Below, in pieces: positions 16,653 through 18,399 of a stretch of 18,399 nt of DNA. The stretch spans positions 1-18,399 of the forward strand of contig JBGSTX010000022.1 of the NCBI GenBank assembly GCA_041736305.1. Reading direction: 5' to 3'. Under the pieces are notes generated by a model that was not told the origin of the DNA, did not search any database, and saw only the letters and a list, made by a program, of their open reading frames with translations. The translations under genes and the position numbers were made by a program. Each line of letters begins with the position of its first letter. Position 1 is the stretch's first letter. The DNA is from Oligoflexus sp. Its GTDB lineage: Bacteria; Bdellovibrionota_B; Oligoflexia; Oligoflexales; Oligoflexaceae.

Positions 16653-17747
16653 GATTGAGTCAGCTGTTCGAGCCTTGGTTTCGTTCTTAATCACCAGCTG
16701 ACCGCAGGCTGCACCGATATCCTGCCCCTTGCTATAGCGCACCATCACCTGCATACCCGCTGTCTGAAGGATCTTGCACAAAGCTTCGAGAGATCGGGGC
16801 TCCGGTCCTCGAAAGCGACTTGGTTCGACCTCGTTGAGAGGTATAAGATTGAGCTTGACCGGCAAGCCCTCGAGCAACTTGATCAGATCCAGCGCATGCT
16901 CCTGACTATCGTTGACCCCCTGAATCACCGTGTACTGCACCAAAAGCGAGCGATCCGTCAGCCCTTGCGCATAGAAAGAGCGGAGATAGGCGAGAACTTC
17001 GGCGATGGGCCAGCGCCGGTTGATAGGCATGAGCTGCGAACGCTCTCTATCACGCGCGGCGTGGAGACTGAGAGCTAAGGCCACATCGGGGAACTCGTTG
17101 AGCAGGATCTTGAGACCATCGAGGTGACCGGCGGTTGAAACCGAGATTTTTCGGAGCGCGAGATGGCAGCCGAAGGGTTCGCGCAGTATCTTAAGACTCT
17201 GCATGACAGCTTCGATGTTATCGAGTGGCTCACCCATACCCATAAAGACAACATTCGTCACCGACTGGTAGGAGGGATAGCCCTGTTCACCTAGCCATTC
17301 AGGATGCTCATGGATCCAGATTCTAGCCAGCTGAACCTGGGCTACGATTTCACCTGCGCTCATCTGCCGCTTAAGACCCATTCGACCGGTGTAACAAAAA
17401 CTACAGGCCTGTGCACAGCCGACTTGGCTTGAAACGCAGAGAGTGATGCGCTTGGTCTCTGGCATGAGAACAGATTCAACCAGGGCCCCATCGGCGAGGC
17501 GAATCAAAAACTTTTGGGTTCCATCGTAGCGGGACGCCAAAGTTTGGGAGATTGTGGCAGGTATCGGCGAAAACTCCTGGGGGAATTGCGAGGCAAGGCT
17601 GCGGGGCAGAGACGAAGCCAGCCAAGGAGTCGGATTAAATTCTTTATAGGCGCTGCGGAAGAGAGTCTTGGCATGAACCTCCGGAACGCCGAGATTCTTG
17701 CAAAATTCTGCTAATTCTTCGAGTGTGGAGCCGAAAAAATCACGCAT
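16635..17747 (-). CDS. rlmN: 23S rRNA (adenine2503-C2)/tRNA methyltransferase, radical SAM
   Basis: VESVLMP, TLCVSSQVGCAQACSFC (CxxxCxxC plus the upstream Cys), VVFMGMGEP, ALSLHA, NLIPLN and C-terminal DIGAACGQL. Confidence 0.96.
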   Translation of the reverse strand: MRDFFGSTLEELAEFCKNLGVPEVHAKTLFRSAYKEFNPTPWLASSLPRSLASQFPQEFSPIPATISQTLASRYDGTQKFLIRLADGALVESVLMPETKRITLCVSSQVGCAQACSFCYTGRMGLKRQMSAGEIVAQVQLARIWIHEHPEWLGEQGYPSYQSVTNVVFMGMGEPLDNIEAVMQSLKILREPFGCHLALRKISVSTAGHLDGLKILLNEFPDVALALSLHAARDRERSQLMPINRRWPIAEVLAYLRSFYAQGLTDRSLLVQYTVIQGVNDSQEHALDLIKLLEGLPVKLNLIPLNEVEPSRFRGPEPRSLEALCKILQTAGMQVMVRYSKGQDIGAACGQLVIKNETKARTADSISEIVN

Positions 17748-17776
17748 GCCGGTGGTCCTTAGCCTGATGGATCGCC

Positions 17777-17805
17777 AGACTAAATTTAAAGAGCTGCCCA
17801 GGCAA
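17777..17805 (-). promoter_or_regulatory. Possible sigma70-type promoter for rlmN
   Basis: Minus strand reads TTGCCT-N17-TAGTCT, ~30 nt upstream of the ATG, with SD-like TAAGGA. Confidence 0.4.
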
Positions 17806-17849
17806 GGCCAAAAAGGAAGGGAAACGAGCAGGGACCAGAAGCTAAAGAT

Positions 17850-18365
17850 CTAAGAATCAGCCACTTTGTCATATTCAGGCGCAGCGGACTGATTTTTTAC
17901 AAGATGTTTGTGCTCGAGGGCTTCCGCCATCTGGTTGAGTGCCAGGACTATGTCCTGTAGCTGGTCGCCCTTCCGCGTCATGATTCTGTGGCGGTATTCA
18001 CCGCGGGTCATATCGGCAACAAACGCTTCAATGGCGGACACGGGGCCGGCGAACTCTTGCTGAGCCCGAAAGAAGAGAAAGCCTATAGTCCCTGTATAGA
18101 TCAAGGCCGTGAGGGCTAGAAAAATGACGTTGCGGATAAAGATATCGTTGAAAATCAGCTCGCGCTGCATGCTGGGGTCGACGATCTGAAAGATCTCCAT
18201 GATCTGCTGGTACTGCTGGTAGAAGGCCTCGTAAATGAAAAAGGCCGACACCCCAACGAACACGAGGGTGCTGCCCAGCATCTGCATTCCGGCCCGAGAG
18301 TAGGCAAAAAAGCGAAACAGCGAAGGAAAGAGCCGCCGACTTTGCTCTGCGTGTTTTTTGGACAT
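17850..18365 (-). CDS. Small membrane protein with two TM helices and a C-terminal HAMP domain, no output domain
   Basis: Hydrophobic segments LGSTLVFVGVSAFFIY and VIFLALTALIYTGTIGFLFF. HAMP pattern AGPVSAIEAFVADMTRGEY..RI..RKGDQLQDIVLALNQMAEAL. SD AAAGGA before ATG 18365; the frame stays open to the window edge. Confidence 0.85.
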   Translation of the reverse strand: MSKKHAEQSRRLFPSLFRFFAYSRAGMQMLGSTLVFVGVSAFFIYEAFYQQYQQIMEIFQIVDPSMQRELIFNDIFIRNVIFLALTALIYTGTIGFLFFRAQQEFAGPVSAIEAFVADMTRGEYRHRIMTRKGDQLQDIVLALNQMAEALEHKHLVKNQSAAPEYDKVADS

Positions 18366-18399
18366 AGATAATCCTTTCGCTCGAATCGTGCGCCTAGCA

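Noticed and set aside
1..18399. CRISPR array, tRNA/rRNA, IS/prophage or anti-phage defence system
   Set aside because: By eye I found no regularly spaced repeats, cloverleafs, transposase/integrase, nuclease, NTPase or RT motifs, and no obvious compositional shift.

Overview
An 18.4 kb gene-dense, chromosomal-looking bacterial window with 14 supportable CDSs. I saw no rRNA, tRNA, CRISPR array, integrase or transposase. The gene content (giant TPR protein, receiver+PilZ protein, output-less HAMP protein, HEXXH lipoprotein) suggests Bdellovibrionota/Oligoflexia or a related deltaproteobacterial lineage; this is inference only. In order: a partial hypothetical CDS; a ~1830 aa TPR/alpha-solenoid protein (-); a divergent winged-helix + HEAT protein; a DUF4301 family protein; a small HTH-like protein; a LysR regulator; serB; an M17 aminopeptidase resembling the eukaryotic NPEPL1 subfamily; a two-gene unit (HEXXH lipoprotein + membrane-anchored partner, -); tlyA; a pseudo-receiver+PilZ gene behind a sigma28-like promoter; rlmN; and a 2TM-HAMP protein. 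No complete novel system can be proven from the sequence alone. The best leads are the divergent TPR / wHTH-HEAT / DUF4301 / mini-HTH block, the zincin lipoprotein with its partner, the NPEPL1-like peptidase and the putative FliA-driven c-di-GMP receptor. All family calls come from motifs recognised by eye; no searches were run.
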